From: a virus
Taxonomy: Duplodnaviria > Caudoviricetes
Length of the DNA stretch: 56,283 nt
IMG/VR virus record: IMGVR_UViG_3300036985_002190
Coordinates: 1 to 56,283 of that record
Direction: 5' to 3' (one strand)
The notes under the pieces are model-generated. The model was not told where the DNA came from. It searched no databases and saw nothing but the letters and a program-made list of their open reading frames with translations. Position numbers and translations under genes: made by a program. Positions 7,497 to 17,978 of this stretch are shown here, in pieces (the first letter of the stretch is position 1; each line of letters begins with the position of its first letter).

Positions 7497-8164
7497 TGGC
7501 AGTAGTATATAGACACTTAAGAGAAGACAATCTAGAACCATTTTATATTGGTATAGGAGCAGAAGAAGCTAGGGCATATTCTTTTGGCAAATCAGTAAGA
7601 AGTGTTTTCTGGACTAGATATTATAAAAAGCATGGATGCATTGTTGAAATAGTTGCCAGAGGTTTATCCTGGGAAGACGCATGTGTTATGGAGAAGTTAT
7701 TGATAACACTATATGGAAGAATAGATAATGGAACTGGAACTCTTGTTAATATGACAGATGGTGGAGATGGTGCAATTGGATATAGACATTCAAAAGAAAC
7801 CAAAGAGCGAATTAGCAAGTCAAAAATTGGCAACAAATCCAAATTGGGATATAAAGCAACTCCAGAAGAAATTGCCAAAAGAATTGAGCGGAACTATAAA
7901 CATTCAGAGGAATCAAAGAGAAAAATAAGCGATACTCATATTGGAGTTACATTTTCTGAAGATCACCGTAAGAATATAGGCATTTCTAAAATGGGCAATA
8001 AATATTGTGTTGGAAGAGTTCTCTCTGATGAATCGAAAGAAAAAATGAGGGCCGCTAAAATAGGTAAAAAATTATCTCCAGAACATAGGGCGAAATTAAG
8101 TGAGGCTAGAAAAAGAAACGAACAGTTAAAGAAATGTGTGAATCAGTCGGAGATTATATTTTAA
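7496..8164 (+). CDS. GIY-YIG-family homing endonuclease with NUMOD3 repeats
   Basis: VYRH...PFYIGIG...RA; LVNMTDGGDG; repeats HSKETKERIS, HSEESKRKIS, LSDESKEKMR, LSPEHRAKLS. Confidence 0.85.
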   Translation: MAVVYRHLREDNLEPFYIGIGAEEARAYSFGKSVRSVFWTRYYKKHGCIVEIVARGLSWEDACVMEKLLITLYGRIDNGTGTLVNMTDGGDGAIGYRHSKETKERISKSKIGNKSKLGYKATPEEIAKRIERNYKHSEESKRKISDTHIGVTFSEDHRKNIGISKMGNKYCVGRVLSDESKEKMRAAKIGKKLSPEHRAKLSEARKRNEQLKKCVNQSEIIF

Positions 8165-10413
8165 CAAACAAATATCAAACAAAGATAAATGAGTCTCTAA
8201 AGAATTCTTTAAGTAAGGAGGTTTTTTCAGACTTGCTCGAATTTGTGGATTCCGTTGCGTTTATACGATGGCTAATTTCTCCGGAAGAAATACGTGGGTT
8301 TGCTAAAGATAGAGAACGCGATGAGTCGGGTAAAATTAAGGTTGATATAACCAAGCCACACATTCTTGAGAATATGGATTTCTTCAGGGAGAGAGCTTTG
8401 TATCACGAGAAGCATGGGAGATATACTCATTTACGGCCAAATCCTAATCCTAAATCAGAATACACAGCTTTTTGGAAGGAAGAGTTGCGTAGGTGGAGGG
8501 ATGGATTAGTCAGACCCAGTGATGGAGAGTGGATTCCTGGTGGATATTACTTCTATTTAAACTATAGCCCAATCTGGCTTGTTAAAGAGGTCGTCTCTGT
8601 TAAAGGTAAAAAATCTAAGGGGCTAAGAACTAGGGCATTCCCTAAAATATGGCATGGGGATTATTTATTTTTCCATTATTTAGATCAAGCTAGAGAGAGT
8701 GGAGCACATGCTAAAATATTAAAATGTCGTGGAGTTGGGTTTAGCTTCAAGTTGGCATCATTGTCTCCACGAAACATGTATATAGAACCTGGACTTCCAA
8801 ATTTTCACTTGGCGTCAGATAAGACATTTCTAGATGGAGATAAGGGCGTTTTCGGTAAAGTTCTTGATGTATTAGACTGGATAGCTGACAGTACTCCATT
8901 ACCTAAAATGAGGCTAATAAACTCTATTAGGTCAAGAGAAATACAGCTTGGGTTCCAGGATGACTACGGAATTAAAAAAGGTCTTAAATCGTCTGTATAT
9001 GGAATATCATTAAAAGATAACCCAGATAAAGCTCGTGGTATTAGGGGCCCATTAATTCACTATGAGGAAGATGGATTATTCCCAAATCTTGAACATGCAT
9101 GGAATGTTAATAGAGATGCCGTTGAACAAGGTGAGGTTACCCATGGACAAATGGTTTGCGGTGGCACAGGAGGAACAGAAGGAGCTGATTTTGAGGGATC
9201 TGAAAAACTATTTAGAAATCCATTAGCATATAATATACATGGGATACCTAATGTATTTGATAAAAACTCTAATGGAGAGACTGTATGCGGATTCTTCTGG
9301 GGCGCATACATGAATAGAGAGAAGTGCTATGATTTTGCTAGTGGAGAATCAGATGTTGTGAAAGCTTTAATAGAAGTATTAACTGATAGATATATAATTA
9401 AGTACAACTCTGCTGATCCACAGGTAATAACACAGCGAATGGCTGAGAAATGTGTAACTCCGTCTGAAGCCGTAATGAGAACTACTGGTACAATATTTCC
9501 AGTATCAGATCTTAAAGACTATAGAGACTCTATTAAAATTCAAGGGACTAGATTTTTTGATACACACTACGTTGGAAATTTAGTATTGAATCAACACAAT
9601 ATAGAGTGGAAGCCTGATGCAGATTTATATCCAATAAGAAAGTTTCCACTTGGCACAGATAGGCCGGAAGGGGCTTTAGAGATATATGAAATGCCTAAAT
9701 ATGGTGTTGATGGAAAGATAGATCCACATCGCTATATATCCGGAATCGACCCTGTTGATGATGATGAAGCTAAAACTACATCGCTAACATCAATATTTAT
9801 ATTTGATTTGTATACAGATCGTATAGTGGCCGAATATACCGGTAGGACAAAGTTCGCCAATGATTTCTATGAAATGTGCCGTAGGTTGCTTATGTTTTAT
9901 AATGCTAAGGCTAACTATGAAAATAACAAGAAGGGTATATTTAATTACTTTGACCAGAAGCGCTGCCTAAATCTATTGTGTGAAACTCCACAAATCCTTA
10001 GGGATATGGAGTATGTTAAGGGTTCTGGCTTTGGAAATAAAAGTCTCGGCACAAATGCTACCCTACCAATTAATACTTGGGGCAGAAGACTTCAAAGAGA
10101 TTATTTAATGAGCAAAGCATTCATGCAGGATATTGACGCTGATGGAAATCAAGTTGGAGAAAAACTTAATATGCACACAGTCAGATCAATGGGTTATATT
10201 GACGAGCTGATTGCTTGGAACTCCGATATAAATGCAGATAGAATTTCAGCAATGGGAATGTTAATGATATACCGAGAGGATAGGTTAAAATATATTCAGC
10301 AACGTGACAATAAAACAAACGATGACGATTACGATGAATATATAGATAAGAATTTTCAGAATGCATACCAAGGGCAAAACAGCTATGGAGTATCTGTATC
10401 GTCAGATTGGTAA
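8134..10413 (+). CDS. terL: Terminase large subunit
   Basis: Walker A-like KCRGVGFS, Walker B-like IHYEEDG, GGTGG coupling motif, nuclease SGIDPVD and NADRISA. Confidence 0.95.
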   Translation: MCESVGDYILTNKYQTKINESLKNSLSKEVFSDLLEFVDSVAFIRWLISPEEIRGFAKDRERDESGKIKVDITKPHILENMDFFRERALYHEKHGRYTHLRPNPNPKSEYTAFWKEELRRWRDGLVRPSDGEWIPGGYYFYLNYSPIWLVKEVVSVKGKKSKGLRTRAFPKIWHGDYLFFHYLDQARESGAHAKILKCRGVGFSFKLASLSPRNMYIEPGLPNFHLASDKTFLDGDKGVFGKVLDVLDWIADSTPLPKMRLINSIRSREIQLGFQDDYGIKKGLKSSVYGISLKDNPDKARGIRGPLIHYEEDGLFPNLEHAWNVNRDAVEQGEVTHGQMVCGGTGGTEGADFEGSEKLFRNPLAYNIHGIPNVFDKNSNGETVCGFFWGAYMNREKCYDFASGESDVVKALIEVLTDRYIIKYNSADPQVITQRMAEKCVTPSEAVMRTTGTIFPVSDLKDYRDSIKIQGTRFFDTHYVGNLVLNQHNIEWKPDADLYPIRKFPLGTDRPEGALEIYEMPKYGVDGKIDPHRYISGIDPVDDDEAKTTSLTSIFIFDLYTDRIVAEYTGRTKFANDFYEMCRRLLMFYNAKANYENNKKGIFNYFDQKRCLNLLCETPQILRDMEYVKGSGFGNKSLGTNATLPINTWGRRLQRDYLMSKAFMQDIDADGNQVGEKLNMHTVRSMGYIDELIAWNSDINADRISAMGMLMIYREDRLKYIQQRDNKTNDDDYDEYIDKNFQNAYQGQNSYGVSVSSDW

Positions 10414-10468
10414 ATAGAAGAGCCAATCATATTTAACTAAATTTGTAAACTTATATAAGTAATAATAT

Positions 10469-12847
10469 ATGTCAACACAATCATCTGGATTTCCCAGACA
10501 AAAATTACCATCTTCAAAGAAAAATCTAGAGTGGAGAAAGTCTCATTTAGATTGGGCGGACAAGAATAGTTATCTTTTTAATAATAATGTACGCAGATCA
10601 TTGCGTGGCAAGAAGATTAATTATGACCTGTTTAACGGCATATTGCATGAAGAAGACATGAAGAAGACTCTTAACCCGATGAATAAACGGGTTGGTCTAA
10701 TACCGAGTCAAATACAGCACTTCCCAATTATTAACAATCCATTAAACGTATTAATAGGTGAGGAATCTCGTAGAAAACATGATTACATTGTCAAGGTGTG
10801 TAATGATGATGCTATATCTGCAATTGAAATTGATAAGGTTAAGGACGCTCAAGAGAGGATACTTCAGATTATCACAACTGAATATCCAGACGAGAAAGAG
10901 GCCGAGAAAGAAATAGAAAGGCTACAGCAATATTTTAACTATAATTGGCAGGATCTTCGCGAGAAGAGAGCTAATTGGTTGTTAAAACATTATATCAAGG
11001 AGTTAGACTTTAACTTCAAAATGAACCAAGGATTTAAAGATGTCCTTATCGCAGCTGAAGAAATATACCAATTCGATATATGTAGCGGCGAGCCTACCAT
11101 GGAGTGTCTTAATCCAAGAAAAGTATATACGCTTAGAAGTGGTTATTCATCAAAAATAGAAGATGCTGACATTATTATTCTTGACGATTATTGGTCGCCA
11201 GCAAGAATTATTGATAATTATTATGAAGACCTTAAAGATAAAGATGTTGAATATATTGAATCTATATCAAACCAAAATCTCGTCCAGACTGATGAGATGG
11301 GTAATATGGATGAACGGAGTGCTTTCTTATATTCTCCCCTTATAACAGAAGATAATCTAGAAAACAATACAGTCGACTCATTCGTGTGGATGGGTAATAA
11401 CTTTGCGGGACTTCCAAATTCATCATATGTAGATAATATGGGTAACGTCAGAGTACTGCGTGTATATTGGAAATCTAAGCGTAAAATCAAATCAATTAAA
11501 TCATATGATCCACAGACTGGCGAAGAGATGTATTCATTTAAAGATGAGACTTACAAGGTTGATCAGTTTGCTGGAGAAGAGTCGGAAGACCTCTGGGTTA
11601 ATGAAATCTGGGAAGGCATAAAGATTGGCAAAGAAGTGTATATTAATATGCGCCCCAAAAAAGTGCAATACATGCGTCTTAATAACCCAGCACAATGTCA
11701 CGCTGGAATTATAGGTCAAATATATAATACAAATCAGGCAAAAGCCGTATCTCTATTGGATAGGATGAAGCCTTATCAATATCTGTTTGATGCAGTTAAA
11801 GATAGGTTGAATAAGACTATCGCAAAGAACTATGGCAAAATTTTAGAACTCGATAAAGCTAGAATGCCAGCTGGTTGGGATTATCAGAAGTGGTTGTATT
11901 TTATTGAACAGGATAATATTTCGGTAGTTGATAGTTTTAAGGAGGGAACCAAAGGCGCTGCCACTGGTAAGATGGCTGGCAATTTTAATACTTCCGGAAG
12001 ACCATTAGACTTAGAGGTTGGTAATTCAATTCAATTATATATTAACCTACTTGAGTATCTCAAGGGTGAGATGTTTGAGATTTCTGGTGTGTCTAAGCAG
12101 CGTCAGGGTCAGGTTGACAATAGAGAAACTGTAGGTGGAGTAGAACGTGCCATTTCAAGTAGTTCTCATAGCACTGAAGAGCTTTTTATGATACATGACA
12201 ATGTACGCAAGCGTGCGTTAATTGCGTTGCTAGAAACGGCTAAAATTGCCCTAAAAGGACGCAATAAGAAATTGCAATATATTACCGACGATAAAATCAT
12301 GACAATGCTTGATGTCGATGGAGATGAATTTGCTGAAATGGATTATGATATCATGGTTGATAATGATATGGGCGACATGGAGCTTAAGCAAAAATTAGAA
12401 CAGTTGGCTCATGCTGGTTTACAAAACCAAATGCTATCATTTTCTACAGTGATGAAAATATTCACAGACTCATCATTAACTTCTGTAATGCGCAGAATTG
12501 AGCAAGATGAGAATTCCATGAAACAAAGCAAAGCCCAAGAAGGCGAAGCTCAAAATCAAGCAATGCAAGCTCAGGTTCAATCTAATGAAAAGATGAAACA
12601 ACTTGAAATGCAGTTACAAGATTTAATCAGTCAGCGTGAGAATGAAACCAAACTTCAGATTGCACTTATTGGCAAAGAGGGCGATTACACCGAAGAAGAC
12701 GCCTCAGATATGGAGAAGATTAAACTACAGCGAGATAAGCTTGAGCAGGATTATAAGCTGAAAATGAAGGACTTAGAGGAAAAATCGAGGCATAATATTG
12801 CCCAAGAATCAATAACTAGAAATAAACCGCAAACATCTAAAAAATAA
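10469..12847 (+). CDS. Portal protein
   Basis: Follows TerL; FPRQKLP, INYDLFNG, SLLDRMKPYQY, GVSKQRQG, ETVGGVERA; coiled-coil C-terminus. Confidence 0.93.
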   Translation: MSTQSSGFPRQKLPSSKKNLEWRKSHLDWADKNSYLFNNNVRRSLRGKKINYDLFNGILHEEDMKKTLNPMNKRVGLIPSQIQHFPIINNPLNVLIGEESRRKHDYIVKVCNDDAISAIEIDKVKDAQERILQIITTEYPDEKEAEKEIERLQQYFNYNWQDLREKRANWLLKHYIKELDFNFKMNQGFKDVLIAAEEIYQFDICSGEPTMECLNPRKVYTLRSGYSSKIEDADIIILDDYWSPARIIDNYYEDLKDKDVEYIESISNQNLVQTDEMGNMDERSAFLYSPLITEDNLENNTVDSFVWMGNNFAGLPNSSYVDNMGNVRVLRVYWKSKRKIKSIKSYDPQTGEEMYSFKDETYKVDQFAGEESEDLWVNEIWEGIKIGKEVYINMRPKKVQYMRLNNPAQCHAGIIGQIYNTNQAKAVSLLDRMKPYQYLFDAVKDRLNKTIAKNYGKILELDKARMPAGWDYQKWLYFIEQDNISVVDSFKEGTKGAATGKMAGNFNTSGRPLDLEVGNSIQLYINLLEYLKGEMFEISGVSKQRQGQVDNRETVGGVERAISSSSHSTEELFMIHDNVRKRALIALLETAKIALKGRNKKLQYITDDKIMTMLDVDGDEFAEMDYDIMVDNDMGDMELKQKLEQLAHAGLQNQMLSFSTVMKIFTDSSLTSVMRRIEQDENSMKQSKAQEGEAQNQAMQAQVQSNEKMKQLEMQLQDLISQRENETKLQIALIGKEGDYTEEDASDMEKIKLQRDKLEQDYKLKMKDLEEKSRHNIAQESITRNKPQTSKK

Positions 12848-12852
12848 ATACT

Positions 12853-13821
12853 ATGGCAAGTAACGAATCAAATTGGTTAAAACGCATCTGGGAGCAAACT
12901 AATGGAGCTTCTGGATCATCTTCTATATTTACTAATAATACTCAGACCACACAGGTTGTAGATGCAACTGGCAATGCAGTATTGACAAATGGAGATCAAC
13001 AGACAAAAATAGTAGATGGACTTGGTAATATTTTGTTGCCTTCTGGGACTCCAGCTAAATTAGCCTATGAATTGACTAGGCCAGCCAATATCACTGGATA
13101 TACAATTGGTGATGCAATTAATTCAAGCATACTGCAAAAGCAAAAGGAAACAATCAGTTTTACAGGAACTGGCGGCACAGCAAATGTAACCTTGGCTGGT
13201 GGGTTAACCAAGTTGGCTACATTTAGAGACGATCTAGTAACAACAGCTATTGACTTTGAATCAGCACATGGAGCAGCTTATGCAGCAGTAGGAATTACGC
13301 TAACTAGAAATATGGGAGATATTATCCTTGAAGCTACTGTAGCTGGAGTTCCCTTTACTGCACCAGTTGTGGTTAATGTAACTACCAATTTAGGTGGAAC
13401 AGTTGCTCATACTACCGCAAATGGTACTCCAACAGCAATAACTTTAACAAATGCTTCAATTGCCAATAATGGTGGTGGATTTGCATTCTTATTGAAAGTT
13501 GAATCTAATATCACTACTTTAGCTGGAGCAACGCTAAGATATTGGTTTTATAATACAGTTCCTACGTCATTAGTAGGCGATAATATCCCTTTCGTTAACT
13601 CATACGTTAATGCAAGTAAGAGATGCTTTTATGTTGATGTTACTTTTGATGCTTTATTAGCAGGGTCAGATACTGTTATTGGATCAGTAGAGTTAAGTAA
13701 GGAATATGTAACTGCATTGGCTGATACGAGTATGTATGCACTGATTCAAACCTTATCAGCATTCACCCCAACATCAGGCGGTAAAATCTATTCTGCATTA
13801 TCAGTATTAAAACTAGCATAA
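12853..13821 (+). CDS. Putative structural/decoration protein
   Basis: T/G/A-rich beta protein; N-terminal tandem repeat TN..Q.T.(V/I)VD..GN. Confidence 0.55.
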   Translation: MASNESNWLKRIWEQTNGASGSSSIFTNNTQTTQVVDATGNAVLTNGDQQTKIVDGLGNILLPSGTPAKLAYELTRPANITGYTIGDAINSSILQKQKETISFTGTGGTANVTLAGGLTKLATFRDDLVTTAIDFESAHGAAYAAVGITLTRNMGDIILEATVAGVPFTAPVVVNVTTNLGGTVAHTTANGTPTAITLTNASIANNGGGFAFLLKVESNITTLAGATLRYWFYNTVPTSLVGDNIPFVNSYVNASKRCFYVDVTFDALLAGSDTVIGSVELSKEYVTALADTSMYALIQTLSAFTPTSGGKIYSALSVLKLA

Positions 13822-13822
13822 T

Positions 13823-16273
13823 ATGAGTTTCGTACCAATAGTAGTAAATATTATAAATCAGAAGTATAGGCAGATACGTGCTTATATTGCTAGAGTTGCA
13901 AGAGATGGTGGACTGATTCGAAATCAATCCATCTCTCAGCAATACTACCAACTTATCAAGCAGAACAACCTACCAACCCCTGTTTTCTCTTGGTTTGGTG
14001 AAGCAGGTACTAAAGAACGTGTTAGTGGTATATACAGCTTTGCTACTAAGATATTTAGTACGCATACACCTGTGGCTAGATATGGGCCTGAATTGGTTGT
14101 TAATGGTGGGTTTGATACTGATAGTGGATGGACTAAAAACACTTGGAGTATTGGAAGTGGGGTTGCTAGTATTAATACGGTTGGAATAGATACAATTTAC
14201 CAACCAATTTTAACTATTGGCAAAACCTACAAACTAACATATACCTTAGTATCATGCACTTCAGGTGGAGTTCGTGGTAGAATTGGTACGTTAGCCGATG
14301 GTACTTTGGGGCAAAATACGCCGGGAGTATATTCATTTACAAGAATAGCAGACTCTAGTATACTAGGCGTTATAACGGGTTCGAGTGGATTTAATGGTTC
14401 AATCGACAACATCTCAGTAGTAGAAGTCCTAAACTCTCTTGATGGTTCACCTACAGATGCAGTTCAAACAACATCTACCTCTCAACCTCCTATAGGTGGC
14501 TACATAGCACCTAATGAAAAGATACATATAAAGAATCCTAATGGTGATAGTAGGTATATGACTCATCCTACTATTAGTTTTAGTGCTGGGGATGCTTGGA
14601 GTGTGACGACTGTGTTGAATTGGAATGGGAATAGTGATACATATTCATCAGTTTTTGGAAGTACCATTACGACTACAAAAATATTAATAAGAAGTGTAAA
14701 CAATAATAGAATAAGAATATTTGGGAATACAACAGATGTAAGTGGTACATCTGATTATTTAGGTAGATTTATTGGAAAGAGAATTGTAATATCTTTAGTT
14801 TACAAAGCACCAAATGTAGGTTTCTATATTAACGACTTATTTATACAATCTCTTACGATAAATGATGCTTTTACTTTTAATGCAATTTTAAGAGGTGATA
14901 ATAGTGAAAGTTATCCATATAACGGTTCTCTTTTCGCCCATATCATCACCCCTGCCGCACTAACACCTACACAAGTAGCAATACAAGCAAACTTTCTTAG
15001 TCAACAATATCCTGAGATACCTTCTGTTACAATAGGTAGTCAACCTTGGGCTACAAGTAATTGTGAAATGGTTTCTACACCGATAGGTAGTTTGATTGCT
15101 GAAGTGCAAAGTAATGCTAATGTTGAGAAGATAACTAATCATACATTCACAGATGCAATAGGATGGGCAGTTACAGGTGAAACAATAATAAGTGGAGGAA
15201 CTGCAAGAGTTTTATCATCAACAGGGGTGTTAAGTAATTTGCAAGGTATTTCAGGAGTTACATTAAAACTTGGGCAGTGGTATAAGATTATTTATGACGT
15301 AATTTCAACTAATGGAGTGAATTTAACAAATAATATTGGTGATTTTAGCTATAACACTTCGACTACGGGAACAGGTAGAACACAATACTTTAAATGTGTA
15401 GAAACAACGCTAAATTTTAAACGAGTTGGTATTACTGATGTAACATTAGATAATATATACTTAGAAGAAATAGGCTGGTCATCCTCTCAAGAACTTTACG
15501 ATGCCATCTACGCTCAAACTGCTGGTACAGTAGAAGAAAAAACTTACGCTGCTGTTAAGGCTGCTGCAATGTGGTGTTATTACAATAATGACTTGGCTCT
15601 AGGCAGTGTTTATGGTAAATTAATTAACTGGTACTCGGTTTACCTTTTGCATAAAGACCTTGTTTATTATGCAATGACAGGTAGTAATGTAGTAGCATCA
15701 GCTTATAATGCTAGTAAAGTTTACATTGTTCGTATCAATGCAAGAACATCTGGAGCAGGTACTGTAAGTATCAATGCAACAGGACGTGGTTATTCTAATG
15801 TAATTACACTGTCAGGAACAGATAAGCTTTATGAGATATATGTAAATGGTGCAGATGGTGTAATACCTACTTTGACTTATACAGGAACAGGTTCTATGAC
15901 TGTTACAGAGTTTTCAATGTATGAAGATTTATGGAAATGGAGAGTACCTGCTGAAACTGATTTTAATAATCTTTCTACTAATTTAGGTGGTACTAGTGTT
16001 GCAGGTGGTAAGATGAAGAAAGATGGATTGTTGTACTGGAATACCCCCAATACAGGTGCTGATAATAGTAGTGGGTTTAGTATGCTTCCTTCTGGTTCGA
16101 GATTAGATGATGGAACTTTTGCTGGAATAAACAGTATTGGTAACTGTAACTCTATTTCTGCGACAGATGCATCTAATGCCTATATTATGGGTTTATTTAA
16201 TACTGATACAACTATTGCAATTGTAACAACTTCTAAAAAAAGAGGTAGGGGATTAAGACTAATAAAATCATAA
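13823..16273 (+). CDS. Putative receptor-binding protein: CBM-like repeats, LamG-like region and C-terminal FISUMP (Fib_succ_major) domain
   Basis: GPELVVNGGFD...IDNISV; SVTIGSQPW, WCYYNND...YGKLINWY, WRVP, AGGKMK, NSSGFSMLPSG.R, G.GLRLIK. Confidence 0.75.
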   Translation: MSFVPIVVNIINQKYRQIRAYIARVARDGGLIRNQSISQQYYQLIKQNNLPTPVFSWFGEAGTKERVSGIYSFATKIFSTHTPVARYGPELVVNGGFDTDSGWTKNTWSIGSGVASINTVGIDTIYQPILTIGKTYKLTYTLVSCTSGGVRGRIGTLADGTLGQNTPGVYSFTRIADSSILGVITGSSGFNGSIDNISVVEVLNSLDGSPTDAVQTTSTSQPPIGGYIAPNEKIHIKNPNGDSRYMTHPTISFSAGDAWSVTTVLNWNGNSDTYSSVFGSTITTTKILIRSVNNNRIRIFGNTTDVSGTSDYLGRFIGKRIVISLVYKAPNVGFYINDLFIQSLTINDAFTFNAILRGDNSESYPYNGSLFAHIITPAALTPTQVAIQANFLSQQYPEIPSVTIGSQPWATSNCEMVSTPIGSLIAEVQSNANVEKITNHTFTDAIGWAVTGETIISGGTARVLSSTGVLSNLQGISGVTLKLGQWYKIIYDVISTNGVNLTNNIGDFSYNTSTTGTGRTQYFKCVETTLNFKRVGITDVTLDNIYLEEIGWSSSQELYDAIYAQTAGTVEEKTYAAVKAAAMWCYYNNDLALGSVYGKLINWYSVYLLHKDLVYYAMTGSNVVASAYNASKVYIVRINARTSGAGTVSINATGRGYSNVITLSGTDKLYEIYVNGADGVIPTLTYTGTGSMTVTEFSMYEDLWKWRVPAETDFNNLSTNLGGTSVAGGKMKKDGLLYWNTPNTGADNSSGFSMLPSGSRLDDGTFAGINSIGNCNSISATDASNAYIMGLFNTDTTIAIVTTSKKRGRGLRLIKS

Positions 16274-16276
16274 ACT

Positions 16277-16765
16277 ATGGAAGAAATTATAGAAGGTTTA
16301 GAACCTACAATTAGAACAATGTATGCTTTATTAAGCTTCTCAGAATACTTTAAGCTTAATATGCAGATAAGTGAAGGACTAGGATATAACCTTAACGATG
16401 CAACGGCTCGTTATGATTCTGTTATACCAAAACTTGCTAAAGTGAATATTGCTTACACAGATGAAGTTGAAACTTATGATACTCTTGCAGTACTACAATT
16501 AACAGTAGAAGTACAGGAACGATTCCCAGCGCTGTTAGAAGGACTTGAATTGGTTGATACCTATATACCTGCTGAACCTGAGACGGAACTTATGGCAGAT
16601 GGGCTCACAACTGAAGTAATCGACTGGCAACTGAATCACACTGCTGAAGTAGGCGCAGGAACTCTTGAGGTTATTTATCTTTTGGAACAGCCTTATTCTG
16701 TTGAAGCTGAGAAGGCAGTTGAAATATTGGTTAACAGTGATGTAACAATTATAACAAGTGAATAA
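16277..16765 (+). CDS. Acidic hypothetical protein, possible fibre chaperone
   Basis: Directly after the adhesin gene; Glu-rich. Confidence 0.6.
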   Translation: MEEIIEGLEPTIRTMYALLSFSEYFKLNMQISEGLGYNLNDATARYDSVIPKLAKVNIAYTDEVETYDTLAVLQLTVEVQERFPALLEGLELVDTYIPAEPETELMADGLTTEVIDWQLNHTAEVGAGTLEVIYLLEQPYSVEAEKAVEILVNSDVTIITSE

Positions 16766-16766
16766 G

Positions 16767-17003
16767 ATGGCAAAGAAAGTTAAAGACCCTAAAGAAGAAC
16801 CTAAGTTCAGGAAGCTTGAAAAAGGTGGAAAAACTAAAGCTGGGGAATACTATCAGATTGGAGATAAACATATCGTAAAGGCAGACAAAGTGCTTAAAAT
16901 TGAAAGTAAATTGGAAGTTATTGAACATGATGGAGTGGATAGTTTGCCTGTAGAGATGAAGATTAAGCACGAGAAGAATAATTTGAAGATTAAAAATAAA
17001 TAA
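16767..17003 (+). CDS. Small basic hypothetical protein
   Basis: Lys-rich; likely start ATG 16767. Confidence 0.65.
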   Translation: MAKKVKDPKEEPKFRKLEKGGKTKAGEYYQIGDKHIVKADKVLKIESKLEVIEHDGVDSLPVEMKIKHEKNNLKIKNK

Positions 17004-17017
17004 ATTCACTTTATATA

Positions 17018-17437
17018 ATGAGCGAAGATTCAATTAAAACAGCAGAAGAGCAACTGCATGCTCTGATAAACGAGAGCAATCTTGTTTTGACAAAGATGAA
17101 GACAGATAGTAATCTTATTTTTACTAAACTTAGAAGGATTATCAATGTCTTAATAACAGTAGGCCTTGGTATATTTATAACATTCTTATTCTCGTTTGTA
17201 GACGTTAGATCTAGAATGTCCACGCTGGAGTCAGAAAAAGCAACAAAAGTCGAACTCACTGAATCGCTTGATAAATACTCATTAAAGACTGATGTTATCT
17301 TTTTACAGAATAATGTTTACGAGATAAACAAGGCGTTCTATGCTCCAGGAAAAGATTACAACGAAACCAAAATGGAGTCTAGATATTCTAATGCATTGAA
17401 ACAATTTAACGGAGATGTATCGAGAGGTACTAAATAA
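17018..17437 (+). CDS. Single-pass membrane protein with coiled coil (possible lysis accessory)
   Basis: TM segment IINVLITVGLGIFITFLFSFV followed by heptad pattern. Confidence 0.6.
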   Translation: MSEDSIKTAEEQLHALINESNLVLTKMKTDSNLIFTKLRRIINVLITVGLGIFITFLFSFVDVRSRMSTLESEKATKVELTESLDKYSLKTDVIFLQNNVYEINKAFYAPGKDYNETKMESRYSNALKQFNGDVSRGTK

Positions 17438-17449
17438 TCTAATATAACC

Positions 17450-17977
17450 ATGGCAAATATTATCATATACGCTACTTCAAATGTTTCTCAAGATAGCTTA
17501 ATTTGCACTGATCAAACTGATTGGACTTCACTTGGAGTTCCTAGGAGCACGTTAACAAGCTTAGTATTGAATTTATATGAGACATCACTAGTCACTCCAG
17601 AATATCAATATACGCTATCTGGAACCGAATTATCTGCATTTATAGCAGATGGAATTGTTGAAATCCCATTCTTAAGTTCAGCTGGAACAATATATATAGA
17701 GGATGCATGGTGGAATGCTGTCTTAACTGGAAATTCTGGAGCGTATGTAAGCAACTACAGTGGATTTGGAATCTACGCTAGTATAACATATGCTGTATTT
17801 AATCAGGTTAATGGACTACATGTTCCTGAAGAGATTAAATTCGATGCCGAAAAATATGCTACATCAGTATTTTTTCTTGAAGGCCTAGTCAACCTAGATA
17901 CAACTAACGTAAATTCAAGAGGCGTTAAGTTTCAAAAAAGATTAATATCTTTGCAAAAAATGCTGTTAAACATTTAA
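17450..17977 (+). CDS. Putative tail hub/fibre-attachment protein
   Basis: Beta N-domain plus helical C-terminus; position before fibre genes. Confidence 0.45.
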   Translation: MANIIIYATSNVSQDSLICTDQTDWTSLGVPRSTLTSLVLNLYETSLVTPEYQYTLSGTELSAFIADGIVEIPFLSSAGTIYIEDAWWNAVLTGNSGAYVSNYSGFGIYASITYAVFNQVNGLHVPEEIKFDAEKYATSVFFLEGLVNLDTTNVNSRGVKFQKRLISLQKMLLNI

Positions 17978-17978
17978 C

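Noticed and set aside
8134-12847. Inteins in terminase or portal
   Set aside because: Lengths look normal for crAss-like homologues, and no C/S...HN-C/S/T splice motifs or LAGLIDADG blocks are visible.
13823-16273. Complete diversity-generating retroelement
   Set aside because: No reverse transcriptase ORF and no second copy of the 3' region seen in this window.
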